Assembly (NCBI GenBank): GCA_030390025.1
Contig: CM059432.1
Span: 83,392,001 to 83,456,000, forward strand
DNA length: 64,000 bases
Direction: 5' to 3'
Origin: Squalus acanthias
Lineage: Eukaryota
Shown: in pieces, positions 25,327 to 36,990 of the stretch
How positions within the stretch are numbered: position 1 is the first letter of the stretch
How the letters are laid out: the number at the start of each line of letters is the position of its first letter
Program-made: the position numbers and the translations under genes
Notes under the pieces: generated by a model
Seen by the model: only the letters and a program-made list of their open reading frames with translations
Databases searched by the model: none
What the model was told of the DNA's origin: nothing

Positions 25327-27515
25327 CTAGTGTGACTTGACACACTGCGACACTTTTAATAGTTGTTTCCTTTCGGCTTTCTCCACCATATTAAGCAAAC
25401 GTTTGTACCGTTTTCTTCTATATCGATTAATTGATTCTGTAAGGAGGTAGATAACGATGACCAACTGTACCATCACTAGGACATGAGATATGATCCTGAT
25501 CCAGGGGTGAATCTTGATGTTCATACCAATGTCCCACCAGGATGTGGTGGTTTTTATATTGTTGATTCTTGTCCTGGTTGCCCGAATGTGTTGCTGTAAC
25601 TGATAATAATGTTTCCTTGACCGATCAATGGCCACTTTAAGCTTCGTTAAATGTTCGGGCGGGGTGGGATGTCATAACCAAACTTAGTAACATATTTGAG
25701 CAAGCTGAATCTAAGCGTATTATTTACAAGCACTTCAGTAGCGACCTCATGCTGATATAGGTTCATTAACTCTTGCATCCCTATTCTAACTGGTTTAATC
25801 GGGGTAAAACAGAAGTTATGATGATCAATCTGACAAGTGCTATTAGACCCATACTTATATTGAGTTTCACTAGTAGTCACACAATATTCCCCTCTGCCTT
25901 GATATACCCAAGTACCTCCATAGTACAATTAATTGTTTGTTTAGTAAGGTTGAAACCGCATAACGATTCATCATGTTCCTGGACTCTCTGAGGGCACACT
26001 ATGGTCTGTCTCTGCTTCTTACACCCCTGTAGTTCTGTTCCGACTAAAGTCCCACTGATATTCACGAGATAAGCATGGTGTTGGTGATATTGTATATGCA
26101 TCTCCCCTTTTATTATTCTAATATTTTCTAAGCGATAAACTGGGATGGGATTTTCTCCCTTCGGAACTACGGGAAAGTATAAGACTAATCCTAACATAAT
26201 CAAGTTTGATCCTGATTTACATTCATGTCTTACAGGGTAGACTTGTATTAGCCTCCTCAATTCACACATGGTGATATTCCTATGATATTTGACCAGAGCA
26301 CTTAGATACCGATCCTCTATCCAAGAGGGAATTTTACCTTCTTCAACCAATCTTAAATTCTCTCGTGCTTGTTCTACTAACCAGGATCCGTACATTATGC
26401 ACACATCATTCTGTGCTGCCTCGGTAGAAGCATTTCTATCTTCTTTGACTATTGCATTTATTGTTGTGGCGAGAGATTCCAATTGTGTAATTACATCTTG
26501 TAAATGTACTGTCATGATTTGATCTTCACTAAGTTCTCGATCCTGATTAGTATTTGTTTCTTGTAAAATTTTCTTGAGCTGTGCTTTCGTATCTTTAATT
26601 TGTTTATCCAAAGCGGCTAAATCTAAGCTATTTACAAGTGATGTTCCTGTATTAAAGATGATTGCTGCATCATTTACTAAGCTTCGCCTCCCTCTACCAT
26701 GAGTTTCTCCCCCCTTCGGGTTCCCATAGATCTGGTCCTCGTGACGAGACCCATAACTATTACCATTTCTAGCCCAGAGATCATCAACGACTTGTTGCAA
26801 CAGGTTTCCAAACAAGAGGGTGGTTTTTGGCTTACAAAATTCCGGTAACCCCATATTTGTTAATCATTACAGGCACTACCTCATGATGGATATCATGGTA
26901 CAGGATCATGCGTGTAGGAATAATGACTAAACCGTTAGTCGGTCCCTCAGTATGGGTAGGGCAGGGGCCGTCTGGAGAGTGGAGGTTTTCAGGGATACTT
27001 TCTTTCAGTTTAATTTGTACCTTCAGTCCTTGTGGATATATGGTATTGATACATTTATTTTTGTATACTGTCTCACATACATATATCCCCACATCCTTTT
27101 GCCAAAAATTTCTCCAGCAGAAAATTTGTTTCATTTCTCTCGCGTAAGTGACCATCCCGGTTGTATTAAAATTAGCTTGTGTTTTATTGCTCGCATCCTT
27201 TCTTAGGAATGTCTTATTGTTTGATTCACATTCGAGACAGAATCCATTACCTTCTTTCACATATATGGCAGTAGCCTGTATGGACCCATTATAACATGCG
27301 TTGGCCTCCTTATCTGAAGTCTGATTACTGTTGGTACTGGAGTCGTGTTGATTCACGCTCCATCCCCCATCTTTACTGATTATGTGAATTCTTTCGGATG
27401 GACCCTCTGTTCCACCCCTTTGAGTTATTGAACTGGGACCTATGTCGAATCCTTCACTGCAGATTACTACGGTGAATAGCTCAACCACTACTATCAATGA
27501 CCACCACTTCTTCAT
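25327..27515 (-). pseudogene. env: env: class I fusion glycoprotein, 3 frameshifts (about 26850, 25900, 25645)
   Basis: Signal peptide MKKWWSLIVVVELFTVVICS, furin site RGRR (26684-26695), candidate fusion peptide SLVNDAAIIFNTG, heptad repeat, Cys-rich region, TM helix IISHVLVMVQLVIVIYLL and a basic tail. Confidence 0.85.
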
Positions 27516-27520
27516 TGCAC

Positions 27521-27550
27521 CTGCAAAACACAATAAGAACTGTGGTCAGA
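27521..27550 (-). promoter_or_regulatory. env splice acceptor
   Basis: CTCTGAC branch point followed by TTCTTATTGTGTTTTGCAG|GTGCAATG, 5 nt upstream of the env ATG. Confidence 0.7.
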
Positions 27551-29611
27551 GGTGAATTGGCATTCCCACCCGGTCTACACCTTTCTTCCTGGCTGTACTT
27601 TATTGGAAAGAGGGGCTGAACTTATGTGGGGGTTTCCTCTGTCTCCCAGAGGTACGGTGGGGTTCTGGACTATTGTGTCCCGATGAGGATGCCGAGGAGG
27701 ATTGATCTTCCCCCCGAACACCCTTCTGATGCAATACCTGCGGTATCGGTGTCTCTTCAGCTTCCTCTTCTTCTTCATCTAGGATCCACGGCATACTTCT
27801 GACCATGCACATGATGGTTCCAGTCTTCCTAGGCTGCTTCACCTGTGCTTCTGTAGGTCTAAGCTTCATTTGGTTAATATGAAACCATTTGACTTTTTTA
27901 GGCAATTGAACTGCATACACCATAGGACTTGCTTTATCTACTATACTGTATGGTCCCTTATGCAGGGGTTCAAAAACTCCTACTCTGGCCATCTGGTAGT
28001 TTCTTACCATCACTCGGTCTCCGATGTCCTACTCCTGTGGTTTGGACGGAGCCAACAGGAGCTTATTACCTTGATGCGTCTTGCCAATTTTGGCGGCAGC
28101 ATCCAAGTGACGCTTTGTCAGGGTTTCCCATAAATCTTTCAGGAACTTATCCCTGGTTACTTCCTTGATTTGCTTTTCGGTGATGGTGGGAACTAACAGA
28201 TATGCAGGGGTCCGCATAGGTCTCCCTGTCACCAATTCGTGTGGAGAATATCCCGTTCCCTTCGATTCCTTACTCCGGATTCCCATGAGGACCAAGGGAA
28301 GCACTTCATCCCATTTAGCATGCTGCTCGTTCAATTCTTTTCAAGGTGCGGTTCATCCTCTCTATATTCCCAGGTGATAGTGGGTTATGGGCTACATGCC
28401 ATTTCCCTTCAATTCCCAACATCTTCAGAGTGGCCTGCATTACCTTCCCCGTGAAATGGCTTCCCTGATCTGATTCTACCACCTTCGGCAGCCCCATCTG
28501 GAGAATGCTTCCCTGACTAATGTTTTTGCTGTTCCCAAGGCTGTTCCTAATCTACATGGGAAGGTCTCCACCCACTTGGTGAAATTGTCTACCAGGACTA
28601 AACAATATTTATTTCCCTTCTTAGTGGTGGGTAAGGGTCCGATAAAATCTATCTGACCACAGTCCTTCAACACGCTGTGTGTGTCCCAGAGGAGCCTTTC
28701 TCTTGTGTGGATCGGGGTTGATAGCGACGCATATTAGACATCTCTTACAAAAGCTCTCCACATCCTCTCTGAGGTGCGGCCACCATCCCACTTCTTCTAT
28801 TCTTTTCCAAGTGGTCTCAGGTCCCGGGTGTCCTGCCCCTGGACCTCCATGTGCTAACTGAATAAACTCCACCTGATACCCTTCCGGCACTATCCATTTG
28901 TCTCCTTCAAACAGCATTCCCTCTTTAATTTCTGCCTCTCTGGCTCCGTATGGTCCTTCTATCTCTGCCCCTTCCTCTTTTTTTATGACTGCCTTCCGTA
29001 GCACATCTTTCAACTGAATAGTTTTAAGGTTGGGAGGGGGAGGCACCGTATTTGAGGTATGAGTTGCGACATTCACTACCCCCGATTGATACGGGTTTCA
29101 GAAAACTGCTTTCTCTGCGCCCTTCCTGGCCAATTCATCGGCCTTCTGATTACCCTCCCATCTAGTTTCTGTTTTCAAATGGGCTTTTACCTTATGGATG
29201 TAATAGGCATGGCCTGTATCCTTTACGGACTCGAAAATGGTGGCTAACGTAGGAGCCGTGGTTAAGGGTTTTCCATCTGCTGATGTGAACCCCCTTCTAG
29301 CCCAGATGGCTGGATACTCTGTACAAGAATTACAGGTGAACATTGAGTCGGAACAGATAGTATACAGAGGGGGAAACTCAACAGGATGCGTGACCACATA
29401 AGTCACTGCGGCTAGTTCCGCCTGCTGGGCACTCATAGTGGCGGGAAGGGATATTGCTAGTTCAGTTCTCCTCTGTGGATCATAAATCCCACAGCCCATT
29501 TTCCGTTTCCCCCCCTCTACAAAGCTAGAGCAGTCTACATAAATATCTCGTCCCTCTGGGTGGATCCCTGCTCTAAATCCTCCCTCAGTTTCCCAGACTC
29601 CCTCTACAGTA

Positions 29612-30351
29612 CAGTAAACTTTTGTTTAAACGGCACTTAATCATCCGGAATTCTCTAATAACCGGCAAAATTGATACTCAGAAAACAACACCTCAATAAC
29701 CGGAAATGTTGCCGAGTCCGAGTCTTAGTTTCTGTTTGCTTCAGAATATTGAGAGTGGCAGCTACTTTAGAATTGAATGTGTTTCCCAGAGACTCAATGG
29801 ATGAGTTCATTTTTCAGTATGTTACTGTGCCATATAGACTAGGGAAGTCCCAGGTTCTATTGCCGATTTGATGTGAAATTGACATCAAGGACAGTCAGAT
29901 TATGTATAGCACAGATTGCGTGTTAACCACCCCATGGATTCATGGCTGTCAGGTGATAGGTCGTAAATCTTCAGTTGTATAGGGAATAATATATAGTTGG
30001 TTGGGAATAATAAATACTTCATAGGGACTTACCCAGAAGAAAAAGATGACTGGCTGTTGGTGAGTTAGGTAGAGATTGATATGTGAGTGTGGATAAGCTA
30101 TATAGAAGGCATTGGTATGGATAAATTACTTGGAGGGCAATGTACACTTGCCAGTGAAAGCTGAAAATTGATGTCCAGATAAAGATTGTACCAGATAAAA
30201 GTTGGTCATGTTATGTAAATAGCATTCAAATCTTATTTTATTTTTGTTTGTTAAAAATAACCTTGGTAGGCATACCTCTCCGTTATCCGGAATTTTCAAT
30301 CAACCGGTACCATCCCGGTCCCGTCGGTGCCGGATACGAAAGAGTTTACTG
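29612..30351. mobile_element. Tc1/mariner-pogo (Tigger-like) MITE
   Basis: TIRs CAGTAAACT..CGGCAC / GTGCCG..AGTTTACTG and TSD TA. Excision restores the pol frame (KPHTCTVEGVW). Confidence 0.85.
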
Positions 30352-31050
30352 TACATGTGTGGGGCTTTCCCAGGTAGTCGAGGTTAACTGCCAGCTTTGG
30401 ATCATTTATTCTTTTTACCTTGATGCTCCTCTCTTGTAATAACAAAGACCATCTCGCTATCCTAGCACTAGATACTGTCCCTTCTTTGATTCTTCCGTCC
30501 AGCAACAAGCGGATCGGAGTGTGGTGGGTAAGTAACGCGAGAGCCTGGGTGCCGGTAAACACCGAAAAATGCTTCACCGCCCAGAAAGTCGCCAGCAGGT
30601 GGCATTCGCAAGGGGGGAGAAACCCTTTTCCGCCCCTGCTAAAACTCTGGGCGCGTATGCCACTGGTCGCAAGTGGCTGTTCGTTTCCTGCAAAAGGAAA
30701 GCACTTAAACTGGCATCGGTGGCTGCGGCTTCCAAATAGAAGCCCTTGTCAGTGTCCACCGCTCCCAGAGCTGGGGCGGTCAGAAAGTCCATTTTCAGTT
30801 TAACAAACGCCTCGTCGCACTTATCGTTCCATTCCCACTTCACTCCTTTCCTCAATAATCTCAGCAGGGGAGCCACAGTCGCACCGTACTCATCTATGAA
30901 CCCTCTATACTATCCTGTCAGTCCCAAGAATGATCTGAGGGCTGTCAGTGATCCTGGGCGGGTAAATCTTGAACTGCCTTTCTCTTTGCTTCATCTATTG
31001 CTCGCTCCCCACGTCGAATAGTTAGTCCCAAGAACTGAACCTCCTTCTGC

Positions 31051-32701
31051 TGAAGGGATAATTACAAGTCCTAGCCCTTTCGGACTACCCCAGATCAGGC
31101 GTATTCCCCAGACGTTTACCTTCAACTAAAGTTTGCGGTAGCCGGATCCTATAAGACACTTAATTGGGTCTAAAGGTCAGACTACCTCTCCCTAAAGGAA
31201 AGAAACGGTCTAAAGATGTTACCGTCCTCCGGATAGTACTTTTAATAAGTTTAACTAGATTGTAACCTTCCGGATATTATGAGGATCTGGAATACCCCCC
31301 AGAATTCTGCAACTCCTTTGAGTGTACAGAAATTGAGTTTGCAAGATGATACAGAAATACTCTTTGAGATTATTCAAAAAATATATAGATTTATTAACGA
31401 ACCGACATTTAGATAACATTTATTATGGCAATCGCAACTTTAATCGTTTAAAATACAAATAGCTTACATTTCTTATTCTCAGAGATCCTTATTCTCAAAT
31501 CTTAACTTCGTTACATTTCCACACTTCTACTTATTTCTTAATCCAGGATATCCACCAAAATCAAATACCTTGATTACCAGAGACTCAAAAGTTGTAAACT
31601 TACAGAGAATGTCTGTAAAGTTGAGAAACGCTTGTCTTCCCAGTGACTTCTGACTTTCTGTTTGAAAAGGTCTATTTTTATATCTTTTTTGGGTGGTTTA
31701 TCCTTTGAAGTTTTCCTGATGATGTAAGCTAATTGTATCAAGTCATTCTTTGCTGACTTTGTTCTATTCTTTATTGATATCTCTGTTGAATGCTTTCTGT
31801 CTTTACTGTCAATTTAGCCATTGCATGCATAATTATGTCTCTACCTTAGATGTTTCAAAAACCATCAAAAACACAATGACAGCAATGGTTTCTGTTTGAT
31901 GCAATTCTTAGGAAGTCTTTCTATTGAATTTCTAATACTACCTTAACTGATTATTATCAGATGTTGTGACTCTGTGGTATTCCAAGTTCAATACAAGAAC
32001 AATGTAATTGCTTGGTGTATCCATTGAAGTAATATTTTCAAAGTCATCTTGTTTGTGTACCTTTTACAACTTGCAAATACTTTATCTAGGGTGTTCCATA
32101 CATTTCTTATTTACTTCAATTGGTTTTTATCAGACCTCAGGACTCCATATTTCAAGCTTAACATTAAAACTATTTGTTCAGCAGGCGTTTCTTTTACTTG
32201 ATGTCATTTCTTCAAAGCCTTCTGTAGGTATCATTTTTACAATATGTAAATTGAAAATACTTTAACTCAGTGTTTACTTGTTTTCTAGCTATCTCAATTG
32301 GTTGCATATTTAATCGTGTTTCCTGTCTTATTTGATGTTATATTATGAAGGCTTATGGTTGTTTAATATTCTAAGTTTTTGTTTGCATCAGTGTTAGCTT
32401 TTGACATTTTACTTGGATGATTCCATTGTTTTGGTTCCAATGTTCAGACATAGAGGAACCTCCCAATGGTTTGCTTCAATAGGGCATTGTTTCTTGGTCA
32501 ATATCCTATTTCCATTTCAAAGCTTGTGGTGTTTTACAACTTTGTTTAACAACTGATCTTTATCTCAGAAGCCTGTATTGTGCCTGCAGCCTGTGTCTGC
32601 TAAGGCTTATGTCTTTTAAACCCAGTATGTCATTTATTAATAATTTCAGAAATCTGTTTTTAGTATCGTGTATTTTTCTGAATCCTGGCTATTCCTTCAC
32701 A
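31051..32701 (-). mobile_element. Probable solo LTR (1.65 kb) of a different LTR element, inserted in RT
   Basis: TGAAGG...CCTTCACA termini and 4-bp TSD CTGC; excision restores AQIGQKEVQF. Minus-strand TATAAAA at 31676-31682 and AATAAA near 31420. Non-coding and AT-rich. Confidence 0.7.
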
Positions 32702-33311
32702 CTGCCCTATCTGTGCCTTCTTAGGATTTACCTTAAAGCCTGCTGTTCGGAGTAGCTCCAATAACTCCGCCAATAACTCCCCGTGCTCCTTCTCATTCTC
32801 AGAGAGCAACAGCAAATCGTCTATGTACTGTATCAGTTGAGCTGGACAACTGAACTCCCATAGACAATTCGCCATGCTCTGGTGGAAGATTGAGGGACTA
32901 TTATGGAAACCTTGTGGGAGACAGGTCCATGTGTACTGCTGTCCCTTAAAGGTGAAGACGAATTTGTACTGATCCTCTGGATGCAGAGGAATTGACCAGA
33001 AACCATTTGAAATGTCTAAAACTGTGAATACCCTGGCGGACCTCAGGATGTTGCCAATCAGATCTCCCACTGCAGCCACAGTAGGTGCACAAGCAGGGAT
33101 ATTCTTGTTCAGGACTCTATAGTCAATGGTCATTCGCCATGAACTGTCTGGCTTCCTGACCGGCCAAATAGGTGAATTCACATGGGTAGCCAAGGGTCTC
33201 AAGACTCCCTGATCCACCAAAGATGTCACCGCCTTTTCCAAGTCCCTCTCTGCCTCCTTTGGGAAGGTATATTGTTTCTGAGTTCGGGACATAGACTCTC
33301 TTCCTATTCTA

Positions 33312-33758
33312 GACATAGACATAAGACATAAGACGTAGGAGCAGGAGTAGGTCATTTGGCCCCTCGAGCTTACTCCGCCATTCAATAAGATCATGGCTGA
33401 TCTGATCTTGGCCTCAACTCCACTTCCCTGCCCGCTCCCTATAACCCTTGACTCCCTTACCTTTCAAAAATCTGTCTATCTCCACCTTAAATATATTCAA
33501 TGACCCAGCCTCCACAGCTCTCTGGGGAAGAGAATTCCAAAGATTCACGACCCTCTGAGAGAAGAAATTCCTCCTCATTTCCAATTTAAAAGGGTGCCCC
33601 CTTATTCTGAAATTATGCCCCCTAGTTCTAGATTCCCCCACGAGGGGAAACATCCTCTCTGCATCTACCCTGTGAAGCCCCTTCAGAATCTTATATGTTT
33701 CAATAAGATCCACTCTCATTCTTCTAAACTCCAATGAGTATAGGCCCAACCTGCTCAA
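33312..33758 (-). mobile_element. CR1 3' end inserted between protease and RT
   Basis: LGLYSLEFRRMR..RNFFSQRVVNLWNSLP and an (AGACATA)n tail; the flanks rejoin as GRVTGGQVRIGRES. Confidence 0.88.
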
Positions 33759-34329
33759 CCTGTCCTCCCGTCACCCGTCCACAATCATGCTTATGAGTGG
33801 CGAAAGCTTCCCTGTTCTCTTCCACTATCCGCCTATAACTTTCTGGGGTCCTACTCTTCAAAGTCCCCAGGTCATAGGGTCCCGTTGAGGTTACCACCCA
33901 CGCCTCTCCATGGCGAGGCGGGATAACCATTATTTCATCGGTTTTGTCCACTCCACCCCACAAACAGTTATTGTGCATATATACAACTATATTGTGTGCC
34001 AGTAGCCAATCTGATCCCACTACTCCCATTCCCGGTTGATCCCAACGCATTAAAATACACGTCCACTTGGTTTGCAGTGACCCTACTTTAAAACTTAAGC
34101 GTTTGGATACCGCCACAGCCACTGATTTGCCCGAAAATCCTTTGAGTACATATGGTTTTCCGGTAGACCATGGGGAAGTGTTGGGAGCAACTGAGTCAAC
34201 CACTGTATTCGAAGCTCCAGTATCTATTAAGTAATCCCCTTTCTTCCCCTCTACAACTACATCTACACATGGTCTATTGTACTCGTCGTACCTGAGTGGA
34301 CACAGGTACTCGGGCTGGGCGCGGCCCCG

Positions 34330-35966
34330 TCACGCTTGTTCATTGAGCGGTCCCTCATCCCCCTGGGTTAAGTGGACCTTGCCTTCCTGTTGGGCCTTTT
34401 GTTCGTTCATAAATTTGGCTACACATTCCACTAGTTCCTTACAACTAGGGGCACTTGGCTCGGAGGTGGTCACCCCTTTACTTCCTCCTTCTTGCTCCCT
34501 TTTAGGCCTCCTACATTCTCTTACAAAATGGCCCCTTCCTCTAAAATTGTAAAAAACCCTTTCATCCATCCCCAGGGTAGGCTTGAAGGGTTTACCCTCC
34601 TGCTGCCATTTCCTGGGGGTTCCCCCTTTCATTTCACACACCTTCCACTGGGCTGATTCATTTTACCCACTTCCCGCTTCTCATCTTGACGGGACTCGAA
34701 TAACCTAGTCATTGTCCGTAACACCTTCTCCTCAGTGTGCTCGTCATCGGGATCGAACCAGTTTTCCATATGAGCCCTTATATAGGCCAAACTATGGCTA
34801 GTCAGGGTCCTTAACCAATGATTCAATCCCTTTCCTTCTAATTTTTCTCTCAGGATCTCTCCTCAGAGTCAATCAGCAAACTACCTAGGCCATTCTTTCG
34901 GGCCTTGGGTAGTCAATTCTATCTTTCGAAAAGGGTTTCCTACTTCGGCCCCCAATAATTTCTGTAATTCATCCACCAATTCCTCCCAGTCTGATTCGCC
35001 ATTCCTATGGGCCTTCGGGAGTCCCTATAAAACGTCAGGTTCTAACGTGAACAATAACAGTCTTTTATTTTCTTCTTTACTGCAATTTGCCATAGAGGCA
35101 TGTTGCTCTACTATCATTAGATGTTTTTCTATCTCTCCTCCCCTACTCAATTTGCCCACTTCCTTCACTAAACTTTGAAGATCGGTTAGGGAGTACTCCT
35201 GATGGCACTGTCTTTCTTCCTCCATACCTCCATCTCCATCTGTGCCATACTTAAACTTAGTGGTACGGAGGGGACACATTCTCCCGTCCTCCCTTTTCGT
35301 GGGTGCACACGCCGGGGGTCTCCAGTGTTCCCCAGGCGGTCCATAGTCTAACTCCTCTTCCTCATTGCTTACACACCCCGGGGCCATCGCACATACTATC
35401 CCCTTTTTGGTGGACAGTTTCCCCTCTAACTCCCTAATTCTTCTTTCACATTCTACATGGCTTTCTTTCCCCTTCTCTTCTAGAAGTGGCTGGTGGGCCA
35501 CTCTCACTGCCGCTTTCAAGTCCTCATTCTGCCTTTCGGCCTTGTCTGCTCTCTCCTTTTGTCTGGACACTTCCTGTTCCCTTCCATCACTTAGCTTCTG
35601 CCCTTCTAAGACTTGGCTCTTTAGGTATAGAATTTCAGTGAGCTGACACTCCCTTTCACAGTCCCAGTTTTCTCTTTCCTCACTCGGTTCTTTTAACAAT
35701 CGGTCAACCACTGCCTCCTGATCGCTAGCCCTTGCATCCTTTTCCTTGATCTCTTTTCTTAACCTGATCTTTTCACATTCACCATTTTTAAATTGTCTCT
35801 GGTATGCCATGAGCCAGACAGCTTTTAGTAAACCAGAGCGGCAGGTAGTACCCTGCGTCCGCTGTTCAGCTTCACAGACTGGATCTTCCTCGTCTATGAT
35901 CACCCGAACCCAACCTTCTTTCAAAGGTAGCTTCCCTGCTATATACTTAGTTACTAGTTCATCCAT
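34330..35966 (-). pseudogene. gag: gag: N-terminal coiled coil, capsid-like region, decayed CCHC knuckle
   Basis: ATG 70 nt after the 5' LTR; E/K/R-rich heptads; FYNFRGRGHFVREC is a knuckle that has lost two Cys; stop at 35025; final TGA at 34330. Confidence 0.78.
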
Positions 35967-36016
35967 AGATTTCTTTTTTGGATTTGGGTGCTTCTTCTTA
36001 TTTTCCCTTTACGCGG

Positions 36017-36034
36017 GTCCTGCCGCAGTCGTCG
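36017..36034 (-). promoter_or_regulatory. Primer-binding site, tRNA-Arg(UCG)-like but lacking TGG
   Basis: CGA-CGACTGCGGCAGGAC starts 1 nt after the LTR. It is 14/15 complementary to the vertebrate tRNA-Arg-TCG 3' end GTCCTGCCGCGGTCG (tRNA sequence recalled from memory). Confidence 0.65.
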
Positions 36035-36592
36035 TTGTAAGCCTCGCTGTCCTATTCTCAGGCTTGTAGTTCGTTTTGGCCTGCGAATTACAAGGGAAAT
36101 AATTAATGAATCACCCAAAATCTCTTAAGTTAAATAAGGTCATTTATTAAAGGAAAAAGAGAGAAAAGAAAAAAAAAACGCTTATAGATTTAAATGACAA
36201 TACAATGCCCTTCCTAGCCTACCTGGCAATACAATGCCCTTCTTACTCTACGCTTAGCAATAAAGATGCTCTAGCAATACAATGCCCAAATATGTTCTAA
36301 GTAAATTGTCATACAATCACCCCGATGTGGCCAGCTCCTGTTGGTTGCAGCTCTCCTCTCGATGATCAGTCGGGCTCCCTTCTTGTTGACTGCAGCTCTT
36401 CTTCCGACCCCCCCCCCCCCCCCGACTGCAGTAACAAAGTTACCTTAACAGCTTCTTTTATATCTTTTCCTTTCAATGGTGGACAGGATGTTACATCACC
36501 AAGGCCTCATTGACCTATCAATGATAGCCATAGATCATGATAGCCAAAAATATGTCGCAGTTTTTGTTTAAACTAAAAGTTAAAGTCGGCAT

Positions 36593-36990
36593 AGAAACAT
36601 AGAAACTAGGAGCAGGAGTAGGCCATTCGGCCCGTCGAGCCTGCTCCACCATTCAATACGATCATGGCTGATCATCCAAATCCAGTACCCTGTCCCTGCT
36701 TTCTCCCACAGAATCCCCATCGAGCCTGCACCGACACATATCCCACCCTATCCCCGTAACTCCACGTATTTAATTCCCCCTAACACTAAGGGTCAATTTA
36801 TCATAGCCAAATCAACCTAACCCGCACATTTTTGGACTGTGGGAGGAAACCGGAGCACCCGGAGGAAACCCACGCAAACACGGGGAGAATGTGCAAACTC
36901 CACACAGACAGTCACCCGAGGCCAGATTCGAACCCGGGTCTCTGGCGCTGTGAGGCACCAGTGCTAACCACTATGCCACCGTGTTGCCCT
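36593..36990 (-). mobile_element. Full-length HE1-like V-SINE
   Basis: tRNA-derived head with A box TGGCATAGTGG and B box GGTTCGAATC, V-domain and CR1-type tail; TSD GGCAT; absent from the 3' LTR. Confidence 0.9.

Larger units (their letters stand above)
27600..34329 (-). pseudogene. pol: pro-pol: protease, RT, tether RNase H, second RNase H, integrase; split by three insertions
   Basis: PR: LIDTGAS. RT: NSPIWPVRKPD, LDISNGFW, LPQGFHNSP, YIDD. Tether: RPVAYA.RVL. RNase H: IYVD..SAQQAEL..CSDS..KVKAH..GNQKAD. IN: HHCC, IDFIGP, SDQGSHF, IERMNRTLK, GPY. Confidence 0.92.

Noticed and set aside
25438..25451. TGTAAGGAGG as the missing 3' LTR start
   Set aside because: Wrong strand and inside the env TM coding region.
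32660..33394. Intact 244-aa RT ORF
   Set aside because: Both ends run into insertions (a CR1 tail and the solo LTR); it is a fragment of the broken pol.
36017..36034. tRNA-Ser PBS
   Set aside because: Only about 11/18 match to the recalled Ser(AGA) sequence; Arg(UCG) fits better.
36915..36990. tRNA gene
   Set aside because: The A and B boxes belong to a SINE head continuous with the V-domain and LINE tail, bounded by a TSD; the same applies at about 48330-48400.
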